From an uncultured Verrucomicrobiae bacterium (GTDB lineage Bacteria > Verrucomicrobiota > Verrucomicrobiia > Limisphaerales > Palsa-1400): a DNA stretch of 64,000 nt. Numbering within the stretch: position 1 is the first letter of the stretch; every line of letters starts with the position of its first letter. Both the position numbers and the translations under genes were made by a program. Below the pieces are notes generated by a model that was given only the letters and a program-made list of their open reading frames with translations, was not told the origin of the DNA and did no database searches. Positions 41,173-51,343 of this stretch are shown here, piece by piece. Location: positions 3,136,001 through 3,200,000 of the forward strand of contig CAVXRD010000002.1 in assembly GCA_963764165.1 (NCBI GenBank), written 5' to 3'.

Positions 41173-42201
41173 ATGTTTTCCGATTTTCCAAACCAGGCAC
41201 GCATCGTTCAACTGCTGCAACGCAGTCTGGAGCGCGACCGGCTCGCCCACGCCTATTTGTTTTCCGGCGGGTCGCTCGGCGAGCTGGAAAATGTCGCGCG
41301 CACGCTCGCCAAGACGGTGAATTGCCTTTCGCCGGCGCGCCGCTCGCCGAACGGCCTGCCGCTCGATAGCTGCGACCGTTGCGATCAATGCCGCCGCATT
41401 GACGATCTGAACCATCCCGACGTGACGTGGATTCGGCCGGAATCGAAATCGCGCGTCATCACCATCGACGTGATGCGCGATTTGATGCACACCATCAATT
41501 TGAAGCCGACTTCGGCCATTTATAAGGTTGGAATTCTGGTGGCGGCGGATCGGTTGAATATTCAGGCGGCGAATTCGTTTCTGAAAACGCTGGAAGAGCC
41601 GCCGCCGCGAAGTTTATTGATATTATTGACAACGGAGCCGCAGCGGATGCTGGAGACGATCATCTCGCGCTGCCTGCGGCTGTCGTTTGCCGACACAGGC
41701 GCGAAATTTGACGCGGCGCAGACGGATTGGCTGGGCGCGTTCACGAGCATGGTTGCGGAAGGGGCAGGCGGCTTGATGGCGCGGTATCGGTTGCTCGGCC
41801 TCCTCATGAAAAAGCTGGCGGAGCAAAAGGGAGAGATTGAAAAAGCTCTTGCCGCGCGCTCGCCGCTGGAGCGTTACGACGACCTGGAGCCGGCCATGCG
41901 CGAACGGCTCGAGGATGAATTGTCGGCGGCGGTTGAAGCGGAGTACCGCCGCCAGCGGGCCGAACTGCTTGGCGTTTTGCAGTGGTGGCTGCGCGATATC
42001 TGGCTGCAGAGTCTCAATGCCGGCGCGGAGATGCTTTCGTTTCCGACGTTTGCGGCGGCGGCGCAAGCTGTCGCCAGGCGCATCCCTGCCACCGAAGCGC
42101 GGCGGAATTTGGAGGAAATGGATCGCCTGCAGCGCCAGCTCCACAGCAACGTCCAGGAAGCGCTCGCGCTCGAAGTGGGCCTCTTGAAACTGCGACTGTA
42201 A
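41173..42201 (+). CDS. holB: DNA polymerase III subunit delta'
   Basis: RLAHAYLFSG; C..C..C; HPDV; AANSFLKTLEEPP; TIISRC. Confidence 0.92.
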   Translation: MFSDFPNQARIVQLLQRSLERDRLAHAYLFSGGSLGELENVARTLAKTVNCLSPARRSPNGLPLDSCDRCDQCRRIDDLNHPDVTWIRPESKSRVITIDVMRDLMHTINLKPTSAIYKVGILVAADRLNIQAANSFLKTLEEPPPRSLLILLTTEPQRMLETIISRCLRLSFADTGAKFDAAQTDWLGAFTSMVAEGAGGLMARYRLLGLLMKKLAEQKGEIEKALAARSPLERYDDLEPAMRERLEDELSAAVEAEYRRQRAELLGVLQWWLRDIWLQSLNAGAEMLSFPTFAAAAQAVARRIPATEARRNLEEMDRLQRQLHSNVQEALALEVGLLKLRL

Positions 42202-43509
42202 ATGCCGCCAAAGCCCATAACGGCTGCCAAGGAAACGCCGAAGATGCCGTTCCTTTTCGCGTTTGTGGCGGGGTTGTTCTTCTTCATTGCCATTACCAAG
42301 TTCGGAAGCCCGGTCATTCTCGACCGGGTGATCAGCCGGGATCCGAACATATCGTTGATATATGACTCGTGGCCGCCGCATTGGGCAACATGGATCTTTC
42401 TTCCAATGGCGCTGTGCGCGTTGCTCGCGGTCGATTGGAGCCGCCTGAAATTTCATTGGGTGCTGGTGCTGCCGCTCGCTTGGTTCCTCTGGCAATGTGT
42501 CGCCGCCACTCAAACCGTGGATGCGGCACTCACGAAGCTGACAATGACCCATTTCGCCATCGCCATTGCATTGTTTTACATCGGATTCTTTGCAACCGAC
42601 CGGATCGCGAATCCATGGCCGATCTGGGCCGGAATTGGGCTGGCGCTGGCATGGTCTATGAGGCGCGGTTTGCAACAGCATTTCGGGGAACTTGAGGCCA
42701 CGCGCAAGATGATGCTCGATTCAGCTCAATTTTCCGACATCGACCCCGAATACATGAAACGGATTTCCACCGGCCGTATTTTCGGAACGTTCGACAACCC
42801 AAATACCCTGGCTGGCGGGATCGTGCTTTTTTTGCCCGTAACCCTGGTTTTCCTTTGGCGGCTGGCACCCAAGCTGCGCGAGTCCATCCGGCTGCTGTTC
42901 GTTTTGGTGCTGGGCGTATGCGGATTGGCCTGCATTTTTTGGTCGGGTTCAAAGGCGGGCTGGCTCGTTTTGATGGTTTCGGTGCTGGTGGCTATTGGGT
43001 ATTCCAAGCTTCCCAAACGTTGGAAATGGACCGTGATTTGCGGTTGTCTGGCCCTGGGTTCCATCGGCTTCGCCATTAAGTATGAAGCCTATTTCAAAAA
43101 GGACAGGAATAGCATGGGTGCCCGGTTTGGCTATTGGCGGGCTGCGGGAATTATCATCAAGGCACACCCCCTTCTAGGCACAGGTCCAGGAACATTTGAA
43201 GTGCCATATGAACAGATTCGCCGCCCGGCTGATGAATTTGCCAGGCTTTGCCACAACGATTATTTGGAACAAGCGACGGACTCGGGGCTAATTGGAAGTG
43301 CCATCTACCTGACGACCATTTTTTCGCTGTTTACGCTCCTTTATCGTTATTTTGGCACCAACCGCCCCATGGATTGGTTGGAATTTGCTGTGTTTGTCGG
43401 CCTCCTCGGCGTTTGTTTGCACAGCGTGGTCGACTTTCACCTCTATGTCCCGGCTTTGGCTTGCCCCATGTTTTTCCTCTTCGGCTGGCTGTTACGACGC
43501 AGTCTATAA
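42202..43509 (+). CDS. O-antigen ligase (WaaL/Wzy_C)-family membrane protein
   Basis: RIFGTFDNPNTLAG; SGSKAG; R..YW......HPLLGTGPG.F; HNDYL. Confidence 0.88.
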   Translation: MPPKPITAAKETPKMPFLFAFVAGLFFFIAITKFGSPVILDRVISRDPNISLIYDSWPPHWATWIFLPMALCALLAVDWSRLKFHWVLVLPLAWFLWQCVAATQTVDAALTKLTMTHFAIAIALFYIGFFATDRIANPWPIWAGIGLALAWSMRRGLQQHFGELEATRKMMLDSAQFSDIDPEYMKRISTGRIFGTFDNPNTLAGGIVLFLPVTLVFLWRLAPKLRESIRLLFVLVLGVCGLACIFWSGSKAGWLVLMVSVLVAIGYSKLPKRWKWTVICGCLALGSIGFAIKYEAYFKKDRNSMGARFGYWRAAGIIIKAHPLLGTGPGTFEVPYEQIRRPADEFARLCHNDYLEQATDSGLIGSAIYLTTIFSLFTLLYRYFGTNRPMDWLEFAVFVGLLGVCLHSVVDFHLYVPALACPMFFLFGWLLRRSL

Positions 43510-43724
43510 CGTTAACGAAGTTCTATGAAAGCTTATTTTGGGCGGCTTTCGTGAAATTGGTGTGAAAATTAACTCTTGACGCCAGATTTTGACCGCCTTA
43601 GTGTCGGCTCCGTTAATTTTAATATGATTTGTGAAGCAGAGTCGGGTCGGCTCCGGCTTTTTTAATCGATGAGCATCTGGACGAACTGGAACGAAGAACT
43701 TCTTGCCCGCAGTTGGAGACACCT

Positions 43725-44192
43725 ATGGATTTAAAAGATATTAAAGCCATCATCGACCTCATGCGGAAAAACTCCCTTTCCGAATTTGAGCTGGAACGGC
43801 AGGATTTCAAAATCAAGCTGAAGCGCGGCGTAACTGGGCCAGCTCTTCCTCCCGATGAACAAATGCAATATCCGATGGCGGTCGCTTCGACTGGCGCTCA
43901 AGTTGGGGCGCCGGGCTCCGCCGCCGCCCTTCCGGCGCCTCCGCCCTCAAATTTGGTCGAAATCAAATCTCCCATGATTGGCACTTTCTACCGCGCTCCC
44001 TCACCTGACTCGGCCGATTTCGCGGAAGTCGGGACCGAGGTGAACACCGATACCGTCGTCTGCATTATTGAAGCGATGAAGGTGATGAACGAGATCAAGG
44101 CCGAGGCCAAGGGCGTCATCACCCATATTCTGGTCGAAAACGCCAAACCCGTCGAATTCGGCCAGCCGCTTTTCCGCATCCGCCCAACCTGA
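43725..44192 (+). CDS. accB: Acetyl-CoA carboxylase biotin carboxyl carrier protein
   Basis: SPMIGTFYRAPSP; IIEAMKVMNEI; PVEFGQPLF. Confidence 0.97.
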   Translation: MDLKDIKAIIDLMRKNSLSEFELERQDFKIKLKRGVTGPALPPDEQMQYPMAVASTGAQVGAPGSAAALPAPPPSNLVEIKSPMIGTFYRAPSPDSADFAEVGTEVNTDTVVCIIEAMKVMNEIKAEAKGVITHILVENAKPVEFGQPLFRIRPT

Positions 44193-44219
44193 CCTTACGC
44201 CTGCTCCTTTTTCGGGACC

Positions 44220-45593
44220 ATGTTTGAAAAAATCTTAGTGGCCAATCGCGGCGAAATCGCCGTCCGCATCATTCGCGCGTGCAAGGAAATGAACATCCGC
44301 ACCGTCGCGGTCTATTCCGAAGCCGACGCCAGCTCCATGCACGTGCAAATGGCGGACGAAGCCATTTGCATCGGCAAGGCGCCGAGCATGGATAGCTACC
44401 TGCGCATTGACCGCATTATCAGCGCGGCGGAAATCGCGGACGTGGACGCCATCCATCCCGGTTACGGCTTTCTTTCCGAGAACGGCCACTTCGCCGATGT
44501 GTGCGAAAGCTGCAACATCCGCTTCATCGGCCCGAGTTCCCGCGCCATGAACGCGTTGGAAGACAAAGCGTCCAGCCGCGTCCTGGCCCGAAAAGCCGGC
44601 GTGCCGACGCCGCCCGGATCCGAAGGCCCGGTTGGAAACGAGTCAGAAGCCCTGACCGTCGCCAAACGCATCGGGTATCCCGTCATGATCAAAGCCATCG
44701 CGGGCGGCGGTGGAAAAGGAATGCGGACGGCCCACAACGACGTCTCGCTGGTCAAGGGTTATCACACCGCGCGCAACGAGGCGGAAAAATCGTTCGGAAA
44801 TTCCGGCGTTTACATCGAGAAGTTCATCGAGAGTTCGCACCATATCGAATTTCAGATTCTTGGCGACAGCCGCGGGAACCTTATTCATTTGGGAGAGCGC
44901 GATTGCTCGGTGCAGCGGCGGAACCAAAAATTGGTGGAGGAGACGCCGTCGCCGCTGATCGAAAACAAGTTCAAGGATCTGCGCAAGAAAATGGGCAAGG
45001 CGGCCCTTCGCATTGCTGAAGTCGCGCATTACACCAATGCGGGCACCGTGGAATTTTTGGTGGACGACCATGGCCACTTTTATTTTCTTGAAGTCAACAA
45101 ACGAATTCAAGTCGAGCATCCCATTACTGAGGAAGTGACCGGGCTGGATTTGGTGAAGCTGCAAATTTCGATCGCGATGGGCGAGCCGCTGCGCCTTTCG
45201 CAAAGCGACATTCACATGCGCGGCCACGCCATCGAGTGCCGGATCAACGCCGAGGATCCGTTCGACGATTTTCGTCCGTGCCCCGGTCGCGTGGAGATGT
45301 ATTACCCGCCGGGAGGGCCCGGCACGCGTGTCGACAGCCATGTTTACGCCGGCTACAGCATCCCGCCGAATTACGACTCGATGATTGGCAAGCTCATCAC
45401 GCGGGGAAAAGATCGAAAGGAAGCGATGGACAAAATGGCCCGCTCGCTTTCCGAATACATGATCACAGGCATCAAGACCACGATTGCCTTTCAGCAGGCC
45501 ATCATGCAGGACCCGAATTTCCGCCGCGGCGTTTATTCGACTGCCTTCCTTGAGCAATTGCTTGGCGGAACGCGCCGGGAGTTGGTTGAATAG
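44220..45593 (+). CDS. accC: Biotin carboxylase
   Basis: [48 protein letters not shown]. Confidence 0.97.
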   Translation: MFEKILVANRGEIAVRIIRACKEMNIRTVAVYSEADASSMHVQMADEAICIGKAPSMDSYLRIDRIISAAEIADVDAIHPGYGFLSENGHFADVCESCNIRFIGPSSRAMNALEDKASSRVLARKAGVPTPPGSEGPVGNESEALTVAKRIGYPVMIKAIAGGGGKGMRTAHNDVSLVKGYHTARNEAEKSFGNSGVYIEKFIESSHHIEFQILGDSRGNLIHLGERDCSVQRRNQKLVEETPSPLIENKFKDLRKKMGKAALRIAEVAHYTNAGTVEFLVDDHGHFYFLEVNKRIQVEHPITEEVTGLDLVKLQISIAMGEPLRLSQSDIHMRGHAIECRINAEDPFDDFRPCPGRVEMYYPPGGPGTRVDSHVYAGYSIPPNYDSMIGKLITRGKDRKEAMDKMARSLSEYMITGIKTTIAFQQAIMQDPNFRRGVYSTAFLEQLLGGTRRELVE

Positions 45594-45691
45594 TTGACAG
45601 AGGTATGGGAACGAGAAGATTTCTATGAACGCTGCTCCCAATTCATTGTTTCGTCGTTGCTGATTCTCCCCGAAAGGCGTAGCCTGCCTGT

Positions 45692-45847
45692 ATGAGTGGC
45701 GTAGCGGAAATCGAGTCGGCAATCGAAAAGCTCTCGCCTGCCGAAGTGAAAGAACTGGCGGCATGGCTGGAAGAATATCAGCAGATGACCAATGCATCAG
45801 CCGAAATCTTTTCGTTATATGACCGGGAGGAAGGGGCGACTTCGTAA
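45692..45847 (+). CDS. Small putative antitoxin (51 aa)
   Basis: MSGVAEIESAIEKLSPAEVKELAAWLEEY...; its stop overlaps the toxin ATG (TAATG); not in the ORF track. Confidence 0.7.
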   Translation: MSGVAEIESAIEKLSPAEVKELAAWLEEYQQMTNASAEIFSLYDREEGATS

Positions 45848-46165
45848 TGCCCGCGGCCAGACGTGGCGAAATCTGGTTAGTCGATTTGGGCATGGCGCAG
45901 AAGACGCGGCCTGCAGTTATTTTAAGCGTTGCATTTCTTGACCACGAACGGGCTGTCGCAACGTACAGTTCCCCGAACCACACTTGTTCGCAGAACCCGG
46001 TTTGAAGTTTCCCATAAGGCGCGAGGATTTGAGTCGGGCGTGTTTGATGCTCAAGGCATAGGCGGTGTGCCAGCCGTCAAACTGGTTCGCAACCTGGGCA
46101 TTCTCGATTTGAAAACTTTAGAAAAAGTCGAAATGGCTGTCAAGAATTGGCTCGGATTTTGTTGA
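45847..46165 (+). pseudogene. PemK/MazF-family toxin with a one-base frameshift
   Basis: MPAARRGEIWLVDLGMAQKTRPAVILS..RAVATY, then one extra base near 45967, then VPRTT..RFEV..FDAQGI..VP.VKL.R.LG.L....LE.VE.AVK.WLG. Confidence 0.85.
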
Positions 46166-46182
46166 CGCACTCATGCGCTCTG

Positions 46183-46821
46183 ATGAAAACTCTCCCGGCG
46201 TGCCGTCTTTACACTTTTATTGACACGGCCTATTTGCATGGCCGTCCCACTGCCGTGATTGCGGACAAACTCTGCTCCGGCGGTTCGGACATCATTCAGC
46301 TTCGGGCCAAAGGTGCAGCGCCTGATGAAATTCTCCGCATGGCCGAAGAGGTTTTGCCCATCGTCCATAAGGCAGGCGTCCTGCTGGTGATCAACGACTA
46401 TCCCGACATCGCAAAAAAGGTCCGCGCGGATTTGTGCCACCTCGGTCAAGAGGATTTTTTTGATGCGGGCTTTGTGAAAGCGGTCGACGTGACTGGCGGC
46501 TCCAAACTTGGAATTGGATTGAGCACGCATGCACCCGAGCAAGCCGCTCGCGCCGTCGAGGCCGGACCAGATTACATCGCCATCGGCCCGGTCTATCCGA
46601 CCGGCACCAAGCCAGCCGCAAAAGCCGTCACGCTGGAATACGTCCGCTGGGCGGCCGCAAATGTAACCATCCCGTGGTTCGCCATCGGCGGAATCAATTT
46701 ACAGAATATCGATGAAGTCCTCGCCGCGGGCGCAACGCGCATTTGCGTCGTCTCCGCAATTCTGAGCGCTCACGACATCGCCGGAGCCTGCCGCGAATTC
46801 AAGAAGCGCCTTGGCGATTAG
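46183..46821 (+). CDS. thiE: Thiamine-phosphate synthase
   Basis: IIQLRAK; INDY; HLGQED; GLSTH; DYIAIGPVYPTGTK; AIGGI. Confidence 0.95.
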   Translation: MKTLPACRLYTFIDTAYLHGRPTAVIADKLCSGGSDIIQLRAKGAAPDEILRMAEEVLPIVHKAGVLLVINDYPDIAKKVRADLCHLGQEDFFDAGFVKAVDVTGGSKLGIGLSTHAPEQAARAVEAGPDYIAIGPVYPTGTKPAAKAVTLEYVRWAAANVTIPWFAIGGINLQNIDEVLAAGATRICVVSAILSAHDIAGACREFKKRLGD

Positions 46822-46826
46822 ACCAA

Positions 46827-47822
46827 CTACGACGCCAAAATCTTCTCGATGCTGTCCAATTCATCCTTGCTCAGCGCAAGGCGTTCCACCGTCTTCAGAT
46901 TTTCCTCCAACTGCGGCACACTGCTCGCGCCGATGAGGACGGAAGTCATCTGCGGCTGGCGCAGAACCCACGCCAGCGCGAGCTGCGGCAGCGTTTGCCC
47001 GCGTGCGGCGGCAATCTTGTTCAGCTTCTCCGCTTGCGCAATTTTTTCCGGCGTCACCTGCGCAGGACGCAGAAACCCGTGAACCTTGCCAGCCCGCGAA
47101 CCTTCCGGAATCCCGCGCAGATATTTGTCCGACAGCAACCCTTGCGCCAGCGGACTAAACGCGATGCAGCCGATTCCTTCCTCGGAAAGCGCCGCCAGCA
47201 AGCCATCCTCCACCCATCTGTCAAACATGCTATACCGCGGCTGATGGATGAGGCACGGCGCGCCCATTTCGCGAAGAATATGCGCGGCCTTCCGGGTTTC
47301 CTCCGGCTTGTAATTGGAGAGCCCGGCGTAAAGCGCCTTCCCCGAGCGAACCGCGTGAGCCACCGCGCCCATCGTTTCTTCAAGCGGCGTGTTCGGATCG
47401 GGCCGATGCGAGTAGAAAATGTCGACGTATTCAAGTCCCATCCGGCGCAAGCTCTGGTCGAGGCTGGACAGAAGATATTTTCGCGAACCCCACTCACCGT
47501 ACGGCCCCGGCCACATTAGGTAACCGGCCTTCGTGGAAATGACCATTTCGTCGCGGTAGGCTGACAAATCCTGTTTGAGAATGCGCCCGAAATTCTCCTC
47601 CGCCGAACCGGGCGGCGGCCCGTAATTGTTGGCCAGGTCAAAATGGGTCACACCCAAATCGAAAGCTCGATGCACCATGGCGCGGCCCGTTTCGTAAACA
47701 TCGACGCCGCCGAAATTGTGCCAGAGCCCCAGTGATACCGCTGGCAAGCGAAGCCCCCATTGTCCGCATTTCCGGTAAAATTCGGGATGATCGTAGCGAG
47801 TCGCGGCTGCCGTATATGTCAT
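46827..47822 (-). CDS. Aldo/keto reductase (YghZ/L-glyceraldehyde-3-phosphate reductase type)
   Basis: SLGLWHNFG; FDLANNYGPPPGSAEENFG; STKAGY; GSRKYL; SPLAQGLL. Confidence 0.93.
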   Translation of the reverse strand: MTYTAAATRYDHPEFYRKCGQWGLRLPAVSLGLWHNFGGVDVYETGRAMVHRAFDLGVTHFDLANNYGPPPGSAEENFGRILKQDLSAYRDEMVISTKAGYLMWPGPYGEWGSRKYLLSSLDQSLRRMGLEYVDIFYSHRPDPNTPLEETMGAVAHAVRSGKALYAGLSNYKPEETRKAAHILREMGAPCLIHQPRYSMFDRWVEDGLLAALSEEGIGCIAFSPLAQGLLSDKYLRGIPEGSRAGKVHGFLRPAQVTPEKIAQAEKLNKIAAARGQTLPQLALAWVLRQPQMTSVLIGASSVPQLEENLKTVERLALSKDELDSIEKILAS

Positions 47823-47971
47823 GCATCAAATTTGGCGGCGGGGCGGCCAAACGGGCAAGCGAAATCAGGAATGGGAGATCTTTAATCTGGAACTCATGAA
47901 CATCAGGAAAAGAGGCTGAACGCAGTGCTCTGATGCTGGCGCAACGCGCCCCTCGCCATTATGCTCGCGGC

Positions 47972-48877
47972 ATGGAATTGCGCCATCTCCGCTATTTTAT
48001 CGCCGTGGGCGAGGTGGAAAATGTTTCCCGCGCCGCGCTCAAGCTCCATGTCTCGCAGCCGGCCTTGAGCCGCCAGGTCAGCGATTTGGAGGAGGAACTC
48101 GGCTTTCTCTTGTTGACGCGAACCGCGAAGTCGGTGCGGCTCACGGATGCGGGGCGGGCGTTCCTCGCTGAAGCGCGCGGCGTCATCCAGCGGGCGGACG
48201 AGGCGGTGAAGGCGGCGCGCGCCATCGCCAGTGGCACGAAAGGGGAACTGCACGTCGGCTATGCTCCTTCCCTCACGGCGAGATTCTTGCCGGGGGCTTT
48301 GCGGGCGTTCCAAGAGCAATCTCCGGGCGTGCGCGTTCGGCTGCACGATTATTCCACCGAGGAAATGCTGGCGGGGCTGCTCGAAGGCCGGCTGCAAATG
48401 GCTTTCACCGTCCGCGCCTCGGCCATGGGGCGCGGCTTGCGCTTTGAGGAATTGGCCCGCGACACGATTTGCCTCGCCGTGCCAATGAACCATCCGCTGG
48501 CAGGAAAGCGCTCCGTCAAGCTGGCGGACATTGCCGGCGAGCCGCTCGTCACCTACAGCCGCAAGGAATATCCCGACGCGCAGGAAAATTTGGAGAGGAT
48601 GTTCGCCTCCATCAAGGCATCGCCGAAAATCGCGGAAGAGCACGACAGCGTCAGCAGCCTGATTGCGGCGGTTGAATCGGGCGCGGGTGTCGCGATATCG
48701 GTGGAATCCCTGGCCTGCACGGCGGGTCCGCGCCTGAAAATGGTGCCAATCTCGCCCGCGCCGCCTCCGTTGGTGGTCGGCGCAGCCTGGCTCAAGAGCG
48801 GGCTTTCACCGGCGGCGGAGCGTTTTCTGTCATGCGCGCGGACCACCGCGAAAGCGCCGCGTCATCAAAAGCGTTGA
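47972..48877 (+). CDS. LysR-family transcriptional regulator
   Basis: MELRHLRYFIAV....NVSRAA.KLHVSQPALSRQ..DLEEELG; divergent from the aldo/keto reductase. Confidence 0.95.
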   Translation: MELRHLRYFIAVGEVENVSRAALKLHVSQPALSRQVSDLEEELGFLLLTRTAKSVRLTDAGRAFLAEARGVIQRADEAVKAARAIASGTKGELHVGYAPSLTARFLPGALRAFQEQSPGVRVRLHDYSTEEMLAGLLEGRLQMAFTVRASAMGRGLRFEELARDTICLAVPMNHPLAGKRSVKLADIAGEPLVTYSRKEYPDAQENLERMFASIKASPKIAEEHDSVSSLIAAVESGAGVAISVESLACTAGPRLKMVPISPAPPPLVVGAAWLKSGLSPAAERFLSCARTTAKAPRHQKR

Positions 48878-49030
48878 ATATATATGCTCTCGGAAAACTG
48901 GTAACAGATTCCCCGCTGTTTTCAGTGAATGAGAATCCCAGTGCAGCCGTTGTTGGACAGTCGCTTGGAGAGACCAAGCAGAGCCTTGGCAGAGCAAAGC
49001 ATCGAATATATATATATGAGCGTGAAAAAC

Positions 49031-49100
49031 CCGCTACACCCGCTACATCGTTGATGATCAACCAGATAAACCGCTACAAACCCGCTACAAACCCGCTACA
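49031..49100 (-). repeat. Iteron-like direct-repeat array (TGTAGCGG x5 on the minus strand)
   Basis: CCGCTACA at 49031, 49040, 49071, 49082, 49093. Confidence 0.75.
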
Positions 49101-49637
49101 TTCCGTTCCTACTGGAGCCAATTGAATGAAGCACGGTGCGCCCATGGCATTTTGGCATGCTCCTTCGTCGAGTATTGGGCTGGCGCCCGCGGGTGGGTGC
49201 AACGCGGTTTTTACCGCAAAAAAACCAAGGGTGAAATAGGGTGCAATAGCATGCAATGCCTCGCCGCAATTTGGCAGGGCAGACCTGCGTGTCCGCCCAA
49301 ATATTCAGTCGGAGCCCAATGACACCCAATGTGCGGTGGGATGCGGATATGTCTTTGCGGCCACTCTGCGCGCTCATCTTCTCTGCGCGAGAGTTTTTTC
49401 GTGGTGGCATGAAACGCAATCGCGCGCGGAGTCGCGGAGAACCCAGAGATTCCTCGCCGGTTGAAATGAACGCAAAATATCAAAGAACATGCCCCGATGG
49501 CGACAGGGTGAAAAATAATGCCGAAAGTCCCTCGTGTCAATTAATCTTGTAATTGCACGGTTATGTGGTGTAATAAGAGGGAGCCACGCTTGCAAGGATG
49601 TCGCTCCTCTGGTGCTGCTAAAACGTGAGATGCTCCC

Positions 49638-49910
49638 TCAACTCATCTGAAAGATCATCGGAGGAAATGTTATGGCTTGCGCCGCTTCGTTCGCCGCCTC
49701 TTCGTCAGCAGCCTCGCGTTGTCGGCGGGCGTCTTCCAGTTTCTCCAATTCGCGATCCATCGCCTCAATCTGGCTTGGGGTAAATCGCAATGCCTCGGGA
49801 ATCGTCGCACCGCAAAACCCGCACTTTGGAAGTCTCCGATTGCAAATGGCGCGCTGGCAAGAAGGACAAACGCAACCTTTGGCAGGCGCCGCTGAGTGAC
49901 CCGAAGACAT
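49638..49910 (-). CDS. Small zinc-ribbon protein (paralog A)
   Basis: CVCPSCQRAICNRRLPKCGFCGATIPEALRFT followed by a coiled-coil-like tail. Confidence 0.7.
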   Translation of the reverse strand: MSSGHSAAPAKGCVCPSCQRAICNRRLPKCGFCGATIPEALRFTPSQIEAMDRELEKLEDARRQREAADEEAANEAAQAITFPPMIFQMS

Positions 49911-49949
49911 ATCGCCCATATTGGATTGGCCGCTCATGATCGTAGAGGT

Positions 49950-50110
49950 TTCGGGGAGCGCGGTCGTCTCGACCGTGTTTTCGCCAAAGCATTTCACCCA
50001 ACGGTGATCGCCAAAAATCTGCCACGCTGTCCGGCGACATATCTGAACAAGTTATTGGGAAGACGCTTTCGCGTGGGCCGGCCAGAGCGAGCGCGACGGT
50101 CGCGCTATCC
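49950..50110. repeat. REP-like inverted doublet (GGGAGCGCGGTCG family)
   Basis: ttcggggagcgcggtcgtctcgaccg (26 bp) identical to 57734-57759; degenerate inverted arm near 50085-50110. Confidence 0.7.
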
Positions 50111-50154
50111 GATCCAACCGCATCATTTCAGCTTGGACGGGTGTGCATCCGACG

Positions 50155-50451
50155 TCAAAAAGAAAAAGGAAATAACACGGCGGTTACCGCAACCTTTGTT
50201 CCATGCGCGGCCGCACCAGCAGCATTTTCACGTTGCCGACGGTCATCCTCCATTTGTGTCCATTCGCGGTCAATGGCCTGAATCTGGCCGGAAGTGAACC
50301 GCAATTCCGCTGGAATGGCCGCGCCGCAAAACCCGCATGCGGCGAGTCGCCGGTTGTAGAGCCGGCGTTTGCAGGCAGGGCAGACGCAGCCATCAGGAGG
50401 GACCGGCGGTCGAACCCATGACGAATTGCCAACATAAAATTGGCTGCTCAT
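50155..50451 (-). CDS. Small zinc-ribbon protein (paralog B)
   Basis: CVCPACKRRLYNRRLAACGFCGAAIPAELRFT. Confidence 0.7.
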   Translation of the reverse strand: MSSQFYVGNSSWVRPPVPPDGCVCPACKRRLYNRRLAACGFCGAAIPAELRFTSGQIQAIDREWTQMEDDRRQRENAAGAAAHGTKVAVTAVLFPFSF

Positions 50452-50547
50452 AACTGTATCGACGTTACCACAACTTGGCGGAGAAACCAGAAGCGAATTC
50501 CGCAACAAATTACGGTAGAGCGAGGCTGCCAATGAACCTCGGGAGAA

Positions 50548-50657
50548 GCGCTCGGCGAGGGCGCCAAGCGCGACACGCGAGGCGCGTGTGCTCCCAAGCC
50601 TCTGAATCCGGTGGAGCGCACGCGCCCACGCGTGCAACGGGACGCGCCTCGCGTCCC
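50548..50657. repeat. Cluster of REP-like palindromes
   Basis: gcgctcggcgagggcgccaagcgc; acacgcgaggcgcgtgt; gggacgcgcctcgcgtccc. Confidence 0.55.
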
Positions 50658-50692
50658 GCATCCCATTTCCGGTTCATTGGGGCTTCCCGCGA

Positions 50693-51220
50693 TCATTTGC
50701 CCATTTTCTCTCGTGACAGATCGCGGGTCCCAGACGGATGGTGGCCGTGAAAATAATCGAATAGCTCGATATACCACCATTTGCCATAAGGGTCGCGGTA
50801 GCAAGCCTCAGTGTTCCAAATCAGCAGCCGGCCTTCGTAATATTGCTTGTGTGCTGCGACGACCTTGCCCCGAGTTTCGTCCGTAAAATCGATCAAACAC
50901 TCAATCCCCGGCTCTGCAACCAGCTCAGACCAAATTTGGAACGTGTAACACTCGGTGCTCTTGTTCGTCAGCAGCCCTGCGATATAGTCTCGCGCCTGGT
51001 TTTCGACGGGCCATGTTTTCTGGTTGAAATAACGAACGCGGACGGTTTTTACGGTATTGCCAAGAAGGTTGGATAACGTGCCGTTGCCATGGGCCGCCAG
51101 ATTTTCCTGCGCTTTTGCTTCCGGCGGAATTCCGAATTCAGGACGGTTGTCGAAAATGATGGACGGTTCGGCACCGAGGGTAGCGACCCCGAACAGGAGA
51201 GTAAATATGATCGTTTTCAT
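50693..51220 (-). CDS. Hypothetical exported protein
   Basis: Signal peptide MKTIIFTLLFGVATLGA. Confidence 0.6.
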   Translation of the reverse strand: MKTIIFTLLFGVATLGAEPSIIFDNRPEFGIPPEAKAQENLAAHGNGTLSNLLGNTVKTVRVRYFNQKTWPVENQARDYIAGLLTNKSTECYTFQIWSELVAEPGIECLIDFTDETRGKVVAAHKQYYEGRLLIWNTEACYRDPYGKWWYIELFDYFHGHHPSGTRDLSREKMGK

Positions 51221-51343
51221 GGGCATACCGCAATCCGTGAAAAAAGGCCGAAGGCACAATTACATAGCGCGAAGTTGTTAGCAACCTCCGTTCAGTGGAC
51301 TTGCGGAGAAAAGGGGTGTGAGACAGGATTTTTGTAACCGTCC

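Noticed and set aside
38138..45983. Long antisense ORFs over ppdK, holB and accC
   Set aside because: Typical high-GC shadow frames opposite well-supported housekeeping genes
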